A model generated the notes under the pieces. It was not told the origin of the DNA. It made no database searches and saw only the letters and a program-made list of their open reading frames with translations. A stretch of DNA of 64,000 bases, taken from assembly GCA_036339465.1 (NCBI GenBank), contig JAYZAY010000078.1:6021-70020 (forward strand), read 5' to 3'. This document shows, piece after piece, positions 29,422-40,061 of this stretch (within the stretch, counting starts at the first letter, position 1; each line of letters opens with the position of its first letter). A program made the position numbers and the translations under genes. The stretch is from Myxococcota bacterium. GTDB lineage: Bacteria > Myxococcota > XYA12-FULL-58-9 > JABJBS01.

Positions 29422-32281
29422 ATGCGTGTCCGATTTCTATCTTTCTCCCTACTCTTCTCACTCGCCTGTTCCGCTGGTACGAATGGAGGTTGCGCAGATT
29501 GTGCGGCTTTACCTAATGTTCCTTACCCCCAAGAAGCAAGCTCAATCGACGAAGCTGCTGCGGCGAGAATAACTCAGCATTCACTCGACTTCTTCCGAAA
29601 AAATCTAGTGAGTCTTCTCAGTCAATATTTGACCGTGGTCAAACAAGGAGAATGTCTGATTGAGAGCAGTGCCCCCGAGTGTCCTTTCGGGCAAAAAGCC
29701 ACTGAAGATATCGCTGTTTTGGATATCAATAAGCTAACGGTATCCACAGGTGTTGGTGATAGTAGCGAATTTCCCCTTAAGTTCCGCGACGGATGCATTG
29801 AAGACACTGGAGAAGAACAAAAAACATATGACAATTGTCCGGAACAAAAGCGCACCCGCATATCCATACTCTATATGCCCATGGCGAAACTTGAAGAATC
29901 TTTCGAACTGGAATGGGTGAGTGAAAGTGGTAACTCAGACACCACCAACGCAGGCAGCGGATTACATGTCACAATTAGCAATCTAGAAATGGAGGCAGAC
30001 CTCGTCCTAGCCCTTGAAAGCTCTGACGAAATTGACGATTCTGATCCTATTGCCGCCCTCTTAAACTCGTTATCCGCTTCCTGCTGGCTCACCTCCCCTC
30101 TCGACTTACCCGCATTAACCATTCCTAAAATCGATTTCACCATGGGCTTTAAGGTGAATGCGGAAGGCAAACTAGAACCCAGCATCTCGGTCTCAGAAGT
30201 GACCATTACAGAAGACGACCAAACAAACTCGATCAACATGCAAGTCAAACCCTGCGTTGCCAGCGGTGTAAAACCAGAGTGTCAGGATACGTTATGCCCC
30301 ACGGCCGTAGGCACAGAAAATATTTGCACTGAGCTTTGTGAGGTCGGTAATTTACTGGCCACGGTTCTCCCTGCGCTCACCAGTCAAATTCAACCTGTAC
30401 TCAATCAATTGGCTCAAGGTCTTGCTACGCAACTGCAAACCAGTCTAGCGGAAGGCTTCGAAGGTCTTAAACTGGGTATAGAAACCGTGCTCGATCCCGC
30501 AGCTTTGAGTCCCCTATTGAGCGATGCGAAGCCCCTCAATGTGCAATTTAAGATCCACAACGACAACTTGAGAGTCCAAGGAGAAGAAAATGCACCGGGA
30601 ACTGGACTGCATGCAACCCTCTCTGCGGGTATTAGCGCTCAAAGCCGAGCTGCCTGCGCAATCGAAAATCCCCAAACCGGTGCAGAATCCTTGAGTTCAA
30701 TACTTCCTGAGTTTGGTGGCTTTCTAGAGGTTCCCTCAGACCAAGAAGGGAACACAACCTTTGAACCCTACCACATGGCATTTACGGTATCTGAAGCAAT
30801 GCTCACTCAAATGGGTACCGCCCTGTATCATTCTGGTGTCTTCTGTGTGGGATTGGGGTCCCAAGATATTCATGACATGAGTGGGATCCTCCTGGACCTA
30901 AAATTCTTAACCGCTCTAGAACCTGGCCTACAAGACATTGCTCCGGCCGGATCCCCCAATGAAAATGCTCCCATCCACCTGGGGCTCTTTGCCACAAAAC
31001 CACCCATCTTTAGCTTGGGCTCGGGAAAAGTCATCGCCCCCCCCAAGCACTGTCACAGAAGAGGGTATGAGCGACTATCTCGCAGGCGTTGTCGATGATG
31101 CGCTACTCGAGCTCCTACTCGACGACCTTCAAATAAATATTTCGGCCCTTCTAGGCGATGCACAGACGCGGATCGCCAGTCTCTATGCTGATATTAGAAT
31201 CCCCTTTACAGCCGTTAGAGACACAAGCAACGGAGGAGTTCTTCAGTTGCGACAAGTCCCAAAAATTACGATTTCCAATACTCACCAAGTTTATAATGAA
31301 ATCGCCCAAGCAGCAGATCTTACGCAGTTCTTTGAAACCCTCGTCGATTTGGCCATCACCGTGGCCCTCAAAGACAGTCTAAATTTCGATCTCGACTTTT
31401 CTGATGCTATTAGCTCAGCCCTCGGTTCCGATGCTCTCACACTTAAAATCGCAGACATCAGAAGAGATGTAGCGAACTTTCAACACGCCTTTCTGTCCAT
31501 TTATGTAACACTGTGCTCCAACGTAGATACAAATGATCCAAACCACGTTATCTGCTATCAAGCACCTGCTGGCTCCGCGACCAATAGAGTCACCACAACC
31601 GCCAATATGGAATCCATGTACGAAAAAATTTCTTTCAAAGCGAAAAATGGGGCGCTCCATCGTCGCACAACCGGTAGGCTGGAAGTACCGATTGAGGATG
31701 GGATCTACCAATATCGAGTTGACGGAGGCGCATGGCGCAGTCAATTAAGAATAGACGATGCCACCCTGACCGTTCAACATCCCTTCTTAAGAGTTCCTGG
31801 AGACCACCTCGTAGAAATTGCGCGAATAAATGACCGTGGTCATGAGGCCTGGCGTACAAATATTCCCGTACGTATTGACCCCTTTCCACCGACGCTAACA
31901 CACACCATAAAGGGGAGCACCGTTCAATTCGCAGGAACTGACGACATCCAGCCAAACTCCGTTTATTTTGTAAAACGATTTGTGGATTCCGCGGGAACCC
32001 AGACACCATGGAGCCCGACCCCCGATAAATTTGAGCTAGACTCCGTAGATACCGATTTCATAAACGTAGAATTTGCCGCAGTCGATGCAACAGGCAACCA
32101 ATCCCCACCATTGAAATTTGCCCTTAATAAAGAGCCGCCCAATACAGCGATAAAATTCAACAGCACTCATGACAGCGTCAGTAAAAGCTCGTGTCATCAG
32201 ATTCCACTTTCTCTGTGGTTGGTGTTGTTGATGATTCCTTGGATTGTGTGCTTAAGACCAAAACCAAAATTGAACGGCTAG
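29422..32281 (+). CDS. Large Cys-containing surface lipoprotein (~950 aa if restored), split by a +1 frameshift in a C8 tract; Ig-like C-terminal region and MYXO-CTERM-like tail
   Basis: Lipobox SLAC. Track ORFs 29368-31098 and 30938-32281 join as KVIAPPSTVTEEG if C8 (31037-31044) is C7. YQYRVDGGAW, IDPFPP; tail SSC-hydrophobic-RPKPK. Confidence 0.75.
31037..31044 (+). repeat. C8 homopolymer at the frameshift junction
   Basis: atcgCCCCCCCCaagcac read directly. Confidence 0.9.
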
Positions 32282-32282
32282 A

Positions 32283-33659
32283 TTATCTTAAATCATTGCC
32301 TAGACTGTAATAATTTAAGAGCTTTGGAATCAGCTCATCCTTGAAAGGACCTTCTCCAAAAACATCTAATGCCTGCTGGGATAAGCCCCTTCCACCGCTT
32401 TTCAATAATCCCTCAAATGGCTCCAAATATCGACTTTCATCCAGACCATCTGAATCACAACAACCAAACTCGACCAAAGCTTGTCGAGATAGGCTTAATA
32501 ACTCCCAAAGTATCTCCTTGATAGACCAACCCGAGCTATAGCCTTCAATTCCGTCTTGAGCCGCCAATCTCATTGCCAGCCGCAAATCATCATAGCTTAG
32601 CTCACTCAACAATCCATCCACACCTTCGATCGATTTATCTGAATAGAGAAGCCCTTTCCAAAACGCCGCTACTGCAGATGACATCCAAATTGGACCACTA
32701 TCACAACTTCGAACTTCAATGAATTTCTTGAGACGAACCTCCGGAAAAAGGGTTGAAAGGTGGGTCTCAAAATCAGCGATGGTGGGCTTCAACCCTGAAA
32801 TCCCATCCTCCAAAAACATACGAAAAGTTTTCCCATGACTGTCGATAAACTCTCCGCCACGAAAGACGAAAAACATCGGGACATCTAGTACCCAATCCAG
32901 ATAGTTCCCAAATGAAAAGTCACCGTCCAGAGCTTGCCGTAAAATCCCACATCGCTCATTGTCCACATCAAACCAAATCGCGTTTCGAAAACTTCGCCAG
33001 CCAGACCAGCGCCCATCAGTCCAAGGCGAATTCGCACACAAAGCAGCAGCAAAAGGGGAGACCAACGACGCAACACGCATCTTATTAACCATATCGGATT
33101 CACTAGCATAATCGAAATTGCATTGAACCGTGGTGGTAAGGACCATCATGTGATGTCCAAAAGAGCCATGAGATTCGAGATAACGACGCATCCGCCGATA
33201 ACGTTCTCGGGGGATCCATTCGGCTGCATCCACTCCGAAAACGGGTCGACAAGCCAAAGTAGAAACTCTCGCTTCTGATCGAGCCATAATCGCGTTCAAC
33301 TGAAGAGCAAACTCACGCGCTTCGATATCAGTTTCATGAACGGTCTTAAACGGAGCACCCGCCAACTCAAGTTGGCCGCCTGGCTCCAAAGAAATAGAAG
33401 CTCTTGCTCGACTCAAAGCCATGGGAAAATTGGGATCACCTTCAATCGTCCATCCATCACGAATCAACCCTTCAAAAATAGGGCAAATACCATTTGAATA
33501 GTCAAGGGGCCTACCAGTTCTCGCATCAAAGAGAAATCTTTCAGTCTCCGTTCCAACCAACCATTCGCCACGAGGCTTGGCCCCATCCATAAAGTATTGA
33601 ATCAATTGCTCCAACGATTCGATGACTGGGCTATTCTCTACCAAAATATCTCGTGACAT
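32283..33659 (-). CDS. gshA: Glutamate--cysteine ligase (plant/alphaproteobacterial type)
   Basis: VGTETE, ISLEPGGQLELAG, QCNFDY, ANSP, HLSTLFPEVRLKKFIEVR. Confidence 0.93.
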   Translation of the reverse strand: MSRDILVENSPVIESLEQLIQYFMDGAKPRGEWLVGTETERFLFDARTGRPLDYSNGICPIFEGLIRDGWTIEGDPNFPMALSRARASISLEPGGQLELAGAPFKTVHETDIEAREFALQLNAIMARSEARVSTLACRPVFGVDAAEWIPRERYRRMRRYLESHGSFGHHMMVLTTTVQCNFDYASESDMVNKMRVASLVSPFAAALCANSPWTDGRWSGWRSFRNAIWFDVDNERCGILRQALDGDFSFGNYLDWVLDVPMFFVFRGGEFIDSHGKTFRMFLEDGISGLKPTIADFETHLSTLFPEVRLKKFIEVRSCDSGPIWMSSAVAAFWKGLLYSDKSIEGVDGLLSELSYDDLRLAMRLAAQDGIEGYSSGWSIKEILWELLSLSRQALVEFGCCDSDGLDESRYLEPFEGLLKSGGRGLSQQALDVFGEGPFKDELIPKLLNYYSLGNDLR

Positions 33660-33786
33660 GCATTTTGCCTTACTAGTTGTACCCCCCATTAAGCAAGCTC
33701 AGAACGTTCTGGCGTTTTTTTTCCTTGAAAGGTCCAAGCCCTACCTGTGGCTTGCACATCAACCTGAAAGCGCATAAAGCAAATTT

Positions 33787-34362
33787 ATGGTCAGTGAAAC
33801 AAAGAGGGAGAAGGAGGTTGAAGCCGCAATTTCAACATTCCTAGAAGCAATCGATCCCTCTCCTAGAAAAGACCTGCAAACCACTCCCGCTAGAGTAGCC
33901 AATCTTTGGATTAAGCATCTTCTGGCCCATGAAAACAGCTCCATTGAGGACCTCCAAGTTCCGCCTATCCCCACGAATACCCAAGACCCCATCCTCGTAA
34001 GGAAACTCGGGCTCTATATGGTTTGCCCGCATCACCTTACCATAGGAAGTGGCTTCGCTGATATCGCTTACCTCCCAAAAGACCATATCGTTGGTTTTGG
34101 TCACATTTCCAATATCGTTGATTGGGCCAGCCAGCGGCTGTCGCTTCAAGAGGAAGTCGGGTCACGAATCTCCGAAGCACTGAAACAAGTCATCTCCCCA
34201 AAAGCCATTGTCAGTAGACTCATTGTTCAACATCCATGCCACACAATCCTGCACCCTCGCTCTCATAACGCTAGAATCGAAACCTTTTCTGTTTTTGGAG
34301 AAGAACAAAATATTGGGCTATTGAAAAATTTATTGGCTCGCTCTGATTCAGCTGAGCTTTAA
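33787..34362 (+). CDS. folE: GTP cyclohydrolase I
   Basis: TPARVA, CPHHL, AYLP, RLSLQE, HPC Zn ligands; divergent. Confidence 0.85.
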   Translation: MVSETKREKEVEAAISTFLEAIDPSPRKDLQTTPARVANLWIKHLLAHENSSIEDLQVPPIPTNTQDPILVRKLGLYMVCPHHLTIGSGFADIAYLPKDHIVGFGHISNIVDWASQRLSLQEEVGSRISEALKQVISPKAIVSRLIVQHPCHTILHPRSHNARIETFSVFGEEQNIGLLKNLLARSDSAEL

Positions 34363-35192
34363 AGCGGTTCTAAACCCAAGGTGGCCTTACCATTGGTAGA
34401 AGCTAAAGAAAAATAAGTCATCTCCTTACCGTACTCCGATATACCAAGTACGGGTGTATCTAACTCAGCTGTGATATCGTGTCGCTCCAGAGCAGCGATC
34501 GCATTGCCAAGAACGATGTTCAGAAATTCAGCTAAAGCGGCCTGTAAAGCTTCGAGATCTGCCTCTTGAAGACAGGCTGTAAGGCCATAAAATAAATCAC
34601 GCGCAAAAATACGGTCTGAGCTCAAATGTACCCTCAGAGCGCTTTCCCCATAAACGACCAATGAAGCTACAACCTCATAGGAAGCAGCCTCTACAGGCTC
34701 CTGATAATCAATCTTCAATTTAATGCTAGAAACCTTCTCAGCCAGTTTTGGAACAAAATCGGCAACGTATTCTGCCAGGATGTGTCCTGCCAACCCCCCT
34801 GGCAAGTTTAAGTCCGCAAAGTCATACTCTGCCTGCTCAACGTGGAAACTTTCTAAAAGAGAGGCAAGATGATTCTCATCCTTCAACGCGCCTATCTCGA
34901 TAAGAGCCTCTCCGATCTTAATCCGGCTTTTCCTCTCTTCCTCCACTAAATCCTCAACAACCTCAACAGGCAGCATTCCTTCATCGATGGCAATCTGACT
35001 CGCAGTTAGGATGCAAGTTTTCTCAAGTTCGACCAGGCGCTCACCTTGTTCGAGCGAAAGGTGTCCCGCCTCAATCCCAAGAGCACAAAACGATTTCTTC
35101 CGTTCTTCCATCATCTGGAGCGCTTTGCGTAAATCATCAGCTAATACATGGTTGTGCGCAATCAAGAACTGGCCAAAAAACTTCACCCCCAT
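34359..35192 (-). CDS. CheX/CheC-like phosphatase with N-terminal MshEN-like (FFGQFL...IGEAL) region
   Basis: VKFFGQFLI, KIGEALIEIG, ALAEFLNIVLGN. Confidence 0.75.
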   Translation of the reverse strand: MGVKFFGQFLIAHNHVLADDLRKALQMMEERKKSFCALGIEAGHLSLEQGERLVELEKTCILTASQIAIDEGMLPVEVVEDLVEEERKSRIKIGEALIEIGALKDENHLASLLESFHVEQAEYDFADLNLPGGLAGHILAEYVADFVPKLAEKVSSIKLKIDYQEPVEAASYEVVASLVVYGESALRVHLSSDRIFARDLFYGLTACLQEADLEALQAALAEFLNIVLGNAIAALERHDITAELDTPVLGISEYGKEMTYFSLASTNGKATLGLEPL

Positions 35193-35204
35193 TGTATCAC
35201 CCGC

Positions 35205-35603
35205 CTAACCCGCCGATGTCTTGTGCGCTTTCTCTGATGAAAAGAGAGCACGTAACTTTGATTCGTCGAAAGGTTTCGTTAAAACTTGAACTGCCCCCAA
35301 CTTAAAAGCTTGTTCCGCTCTCGATCTAGATCCCGCCAAAGATGATAGCATCGCTACTCGCAACCTCGGATGTTCTGCTCTAAGTGCTCGGAGAGCTGTC
35401 AGGCCATCCATTCTCGGCATCACAATATCCATCACAACTAAATCTGGCTGAAGAGATTTCAACAAGACAACCGCCTCCACACCGTCCGTCGCCGTACCCA
35501 GCATTTCCACCCCATCAATGCAATCCACCAGTCCCCGAAAATGCGCCACCACCGACGGACTATCATCAACAAGAACCACAGTTAGAGAATCGTTTTCAGA
35601 CAT
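35205..35603 (-). CDS. Single-domain response regulator (CheY/CheB-receiver-like)
   Basis: VLVDD, PDLVVMDIVMPRMDG, MLSS, TKPF; GGGAG RBS before ATG 35603. Confidence 0.92.
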   Translation of the reverse strand: MSENDSLTVVLVDDSPSVVAHFRGLVDCIDGVEMLGTATDGVEAVVLLKSLQPDLVVMDIVMPRMDGLTALRALRAEHPRLRVAMLSSLAGSRSRAEQAFKLGAVQVLTKPFDESKLRALFSSEKAHKTSAG

Positions 35604-35883
35604 TCTCCCCCCAAAACGAAGTAAGCTAAAGGTCAGGTAAGACCCCCAGCTTCCATTTGGTATAAGCCTAACGGTTCCCTGAGTTATAGTCCAATCCCAC
35701 CAGGAAACCTTCAATAATTTTTGGATTCTCTAGGGGAAATATTTCTCCCAAACGGCCCTATATGATCCAAATATAACACAAGACACTACCGACACATGCA
35801 AATACACAATCGCTGAATTTCGGAGGTTTTGCGAACATTGAATCAACAATCCAAATACCACCAAGGTTTAAAAAAGAAAAAAA

Positions 35884-36900
35884 ATGAGCGTTATCAAATC
35901 AGAAGAAAAGGAAGCTTGGATGAAAAAACATCCTGAACATTCATGCCTATCCCCCACGAGCCAATAAAAACGTGGCCCGATTCGAGCGAGCGATGCCGCA
36001 CTCCAAGGATCAGAGGCCGCGGTGACTTTAACCTCAAGACTGGCAGTCATCACCACCCTACTTTGGAATTTCGCCAAACCAACAACCATACCCATTGCCC
36101 TGAGACCCACCTATAGGCGAACCGACCACCTTCCTAAGTGTAGGTTTTCCACCAATTGAGCTCATCTTGGTGGTGGAGCCGACAAGCATTCTCCCTCCTT
36201 GACATATTTTTAAGGAGGCTTTCCCATGACTCTCGTCACAATCCCAGGCCTAGGCCCAAGTCCAGGCGCACCCTGTGGCATTCAATCCAATCCGAGAATA
36301 CATCCAGCCGACGCACAAGGCTTGTTTTCGCCAAGCAACGCGACCTAAATCATGACCACAACATGAACTTGGGCGCGTATCTTTCGACGAGAAAAAGCGT
36401 AGACAAAGTCTTCCCACATTTGGGACACCCAAGATGGGCTACTGGTTTCAATGATCTTACCGAGAAATATCCCACCGAGGCTGGTTATGTTTTAAGTCGG
36501 TATCAGAAAATAGTAGAAGATGAAGCGTACCGCGTGGATGCATAGCTCTATGAAGCTCAGAGACGGGATTGTCCCCTACCAGAAACTCACGACCGCCCAG
36601 CTCCGAAGTAGCGGGCTTTTAGACTTTGAGGTCACCTCGGTAAAAAACCATGAAGTGCGTCGTGTCATTGTTCATAAGACCGGCCTTCTTATCGAGGACA
36701 CACCGACCAATCCTACTCTAAGGTTGGCAGATCTTTCGACCATTTACGCACAAGCGAAAAATACCCTCATCTTGGTAGACTCAACATTCGATACCCTCAC
36801 TCTTCTACAACCCCTTAGCCTCGGGGCAAGTTTGGGCGTTGATAAATTTGAATTTGTACCGGTGCCCTGCTTCACCCAGATCCTGCCTATGTCTTCATAG
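35884..36900 (+). pseudogene. Cys/Met metabolism PLP-dependent enzyme (cystathionine gamma-synthase/lyase family) remnant(s)
   Basis: AALQGSEAAVTLTSRLAVITTL near 35995 and DTPTNPTLRLADL...LVDSTFDT...QPLSLGA near 36700; many stops and frameshifts. Confidence 0.7.
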
Positions 36901-37037
36901 GGGCCTAAAGGACTTTACCCATTCGAATCGAGATCGCTCAAACAACAGCCATTGAGTTGGCAAGACGGCTCAAAAGACACCCAATGTTCAAAACAGCCAA
37001 TACATATTCCGAAAACACAGTAAACGCCTAAATCGGC

Positions 37038-38975
37038 TCAGCCAACCTTAGAAAATAGACGGTCATCTCTACCCTCTTCTAGCCCATGGAGTTCTTCCAA
37101 AATCTCCTCGCCTGTGGTCGCAATCATATTTTGCAGATATTCAGCCCTGGGGATACCCTTCTCTAAGAATCGCGCTAAGAGCTCCCTCCGCTCGGGAAAC
37201 CGCTGAGCTTGCTCCCAAAGTAATTCGGCAACTGCCGCATCGGAGAGAAGCTGAGTAAAACGCTCAGCATGAAGCATAGCAAAAGAGAAATCTCTTTTCG
37301 GATCCCAATTCTTTAGTATATGCTCCGGCCACTCACGTAATTTATGGTCTGAGAGTGTCTTTAGTTTATCCCCAAACACCCGAGATAAAATAGTTTGTTC
37401 GGCCCCAAGCGCACATGACAATAATTTATTTACTTTCCGCTCCAGAGAATCTCTTGCTGAAACTGAACGCCACCGAACTTGAGCAATCTTCTGAACCAGC
37501 ACTCGCGGTCGTTTTAGGTCTCCCAATAACGTATCTTTTGTCGCCATGAGTGCCTGAATTTGGCTTGTTCCCTCATAAATAGGAAGCACCAAGGAATCAC
37601 GAAGAAGCTTTTCAGCTCCAAATTCTGTGGTGTAACCAACCCCTCCATGAATCTGCATCGCCATACGAGACAATTCAACCGCTTTTTCTGCCCCCCGGTA
37701 TTTGAGTAATGGCGTTAGTCTACGCGCCTTCCGAAGATGCCGACGATTTAGACGCTTGAGCTTCTCACGTTCGATATCGTCCTCAGCTATTCCTATTTTA
37801 AGATTAATCTCCGAACGCTGAGCCATCTCACTCTGAAATGCCGCTTCAACACCCAAAGCGCGAAGAACTTGTACCTCTGTCTTCATATCTCGAAGATAGT
37901 CGGCAATCATTTCATGTTTTTCTATGGGCTTGCCCATAGAATGTCGGCCCTCTGCGTAGGATTTGGCCATCCGATAAGCGGCCTCTGCCAAACCAATGCT
38001 CTCAAAACCAACTGCGACACGCGCATTATTCATGAGCGCGAGCATGTATCGAAAACCATCTCCTCGATTACCTATCAAATGAGCGGGTGAACGGTCGAAA
38101 ACCATCGCACAAGTCGCGGAGTTCTTGTGCCCCAGTTTCTCCTCGAGACGATCTACCTTAGCATATCGAACTCTACCCTCGGGAGTATCCTCATAGGTGG
38201 GCACCAAAAAGAACGAAAGTCCACCGAGCCCCGCCATCGGGTCAGACACCTCTTCGGGCTCGGGCTCTGTACGAGCAATCACAAAATGATACTTGCCATG
38301 CCCGGAGGAAATAAATGATTTTTCTCCAGTAACAAACCAATTACCTTCTTCGTCTTGCTCTCCTTTGGAACGAAGAGCCCCCATGTCACTTCCCGCATTG
38401 GGTTCAGTTATATCCATCGCCCCCCATGTCCCATTGGTGACCATATCTTCGATCTCTTTTTGGAACCGACAACGAACCATCGTTTGAGTCTCATGATCTA
38501 TTTCGGTACTTCCCTCCATCGCCGAGAAAAGCAACATAGCCAGAGACATCCCTCCGTGAAAACTATGGTGCGTCATAATGGAAACGTCCGCCCTAGCGAT
38601 TAGTTCCGCACCCAACATATAACAGAGCAATGGCGCATTCATGCCCCCAAACTCACGAGGCAGACACAAACCATGGAGCCCCATTTCGTGCATTTGTTCA
38701 AAAATCTTTGTCAGTTCGGGTGCCTCAACAACCTCTCCGTCCACGAGCTTCAGGTAATTTTTCTCGATAATCGGAATTTTTGGAGCGATTTCATCGGCCA
38801 CAAAATTTCCCAACATGGAAAAGAAATCACGATAAAAATCCGTCGCCTCATCCGTATTTGAGAAACCATCTGGTAATTTAAAATTATTCTCAACTAAACT
38901 GACCAGTGATTCCCAATCAACGTATTTCTCGATATAGAACTTAAGATCTTCATTATCATCATAAAAATTAGCCAT
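37038..38975 (-). CDS. Acyl-CoA dehydrogenase
   Basis: MDITEPNAGSD, GEKSFIS, EEKLG, QIHGGVGY, IYEGTSQIQ. Confidence 0.95.
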   Translation of the reverse strand: MANFYDDNEDLKFYIEKYVDWESLVSLVENNFKLPDGFSNTDEATDFYRDFFSMLGNFVADEIAPKIPIIEKNYLKLVDGEVVEAPELTKIFEQMHEMGLHGLCLPREFGGMNAPLLCYMLGAELIARADVSIMTHHSFHGGMSLAMLLFSAMEGSTEIDHETQTMVRCRFQKEIEDMVTNGTWGAMDITEPNAGSDMGALRSKGEQDEEGNWFVTGEKSFISSGHGKYHFVIARTEPEPEEVSDPMAGLGGLSFFLVPTYEDTPEGRVRYAKVDRLEEKLGHKNSATCAMVFDRSPAHLIGNRGDGFRYMLALMNNARVAVGFESIGLAEAAYRMAKSYAEGRHSMGKPIEKHEMIADYLRDMKTEVQVLRALGVEAAFQSEMAQRSEINLKIGIAEDDIEREKLKRLNRRHLRKARRLTPLLKYRGAEKAVELSRMAMQIHGGVGYTTEFGAEKLLRDSLVLPIYEGTSQIQALMATKDTLLGDLKRPRVLVQKIAQVRWRSVSARDSLERKVNKLLSCALGAEQTILSRVFGDKLKTLSDHKLREWPEHILKNWDPKRDFSFAMLHAERFTQLLSDAAVAELLWEQAQRFPERRELLARFLEKGIPRAEYLQNMIATTGEEILEELHGLEEGRDDRLFSKVG

Positions 38976-38987
38976 AACATTCCTCAC

Positions 38988-39656
38988 TTAGGTTTCGTTC
39001 GTCTCACCGAATGCTAAAGGAGTTTCAACCCGAGGCAGAAACAACGCGGTACGTGCCATGCGCATAAACTCATTGGACATTCTTTCGAACTTAACTGGGT
39101 TTTCCGTTTCACCAGAGGGTTCCAGTAAAAAAGCGGTGGTATCCGCAGCTGCAAATCCACATAAAAGATGAACGACATTAACAATATATGCCTCTGGATC
39201 TAGGTCTGGACGTACACGCCCATTCTCCTGTCCTTGCCGAAGCACGTCACAAATTATTTTGACCCATTCCTGAGTGTGGGTCAAAATGAGCTTTCGCATA
39301 TGCTCTGGACGGTCCAACATGTCCCTGACCAATAGTCGAGCTCGGTTCCGATCTTCCCTAAAAAAATCCATTCCTGCGTGAATAACCCATTCAAACCTAT
39401 CCCGGCTTGTTTGGGCAGCCAAGAGAAGCTTTGGCAAACTCTCGTTCCACCGGCTTAGCAATTCGCTCAAAACAGCATCATAGAGGGCTACTTTGGATGG
39501 GAAATGATATAGGAGAGACGCCTTACGTATTCCCACGGCATCCGCTATCCGCTGTAGTGAAGTACCCCCATAGCCACGCTCAGCAAATAAACGAGTCGCA
39601 GCCTTTAATAACTGCTCCCGCATGGCAATCTCAGGTTGGAGATCTAGTTCAGACAT
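38988..39656 (-). CDS. TetR/AcrR-family transcriptional regulator
   Basis: AATRLFAERGYGGTSLQRIADAVGIRKASLLYHFPSK. Confidence 0.95.
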   Translation of the reverse strand: MSELDLQPEIAMREQLLKAATRLFAERGYGGTSLQRIADAVGIRKASLLYHFPSKVALYDAVLSELLSRWNESLPKLLLAAQTSRDRFEWVIHAGMDFFREDRNRARLLVRDMLDRPEHMRKLILTHTQEWVKIICDVLRQGQENGRVRPDLDPEAYIVNVVHLLCGFAAADTTAFLLEPSGETENPVKFERMSNEFMRMARTALFLPRVETPLAFGETNET

Positions 39657-39677
39657 CCCGCGCGAACTACCATGAAA

Positions 39678-39703
39678 CTACCAATCCGTCTACCGATTGG
39701 TAG
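39678..39703. promoter_or_regulatory. Candidate TetR operator (perfect 9-bp inverted repeat)
   Basis: CTACCAATC-N8-GATTGGTAG ending about 20 bp upstream of the TetR start codon. Confidence 0.65.
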
Positions 39704-40061
39704 GGTGCTCTGGTACTATTTGCGGGCAACCGTTACAATAACCTAAGCGACTAGAATAACTGAAAAAGAAAATTCATAAGTCAATAAAACGCCCCCTTGG
39801 CCCAAACAAAACCGACCGACTCTCACCAAATTCGAGAAAAACAGAAATTCAGTAGGCCACCCAAATACCGTGCTTCCACACCATGCTCACCGCCTTGAAC
39901 AATCTGCCCCCCCCGTCAAACCAATCTCCATCTCCCCCATAAGATATAAGAGCGCCCAGATAACCCGGGGAGCCCCAAGCTACCAACAAGGTCGTGCCGA
40001 AACCCTGACTCTCACAATTATGGCGTTTGCTCTAAAAGCACCAAGACCATACTTAATGGGT

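Noticed and set aside
36171-36200. TGGTGGAGCCG resembling the reverse complement of a tRNA/tmRNA 3' end (att site)
   Set aside because: No T-arm (TTCGA) or cloverleaf follows, and there is no integrase nearby.
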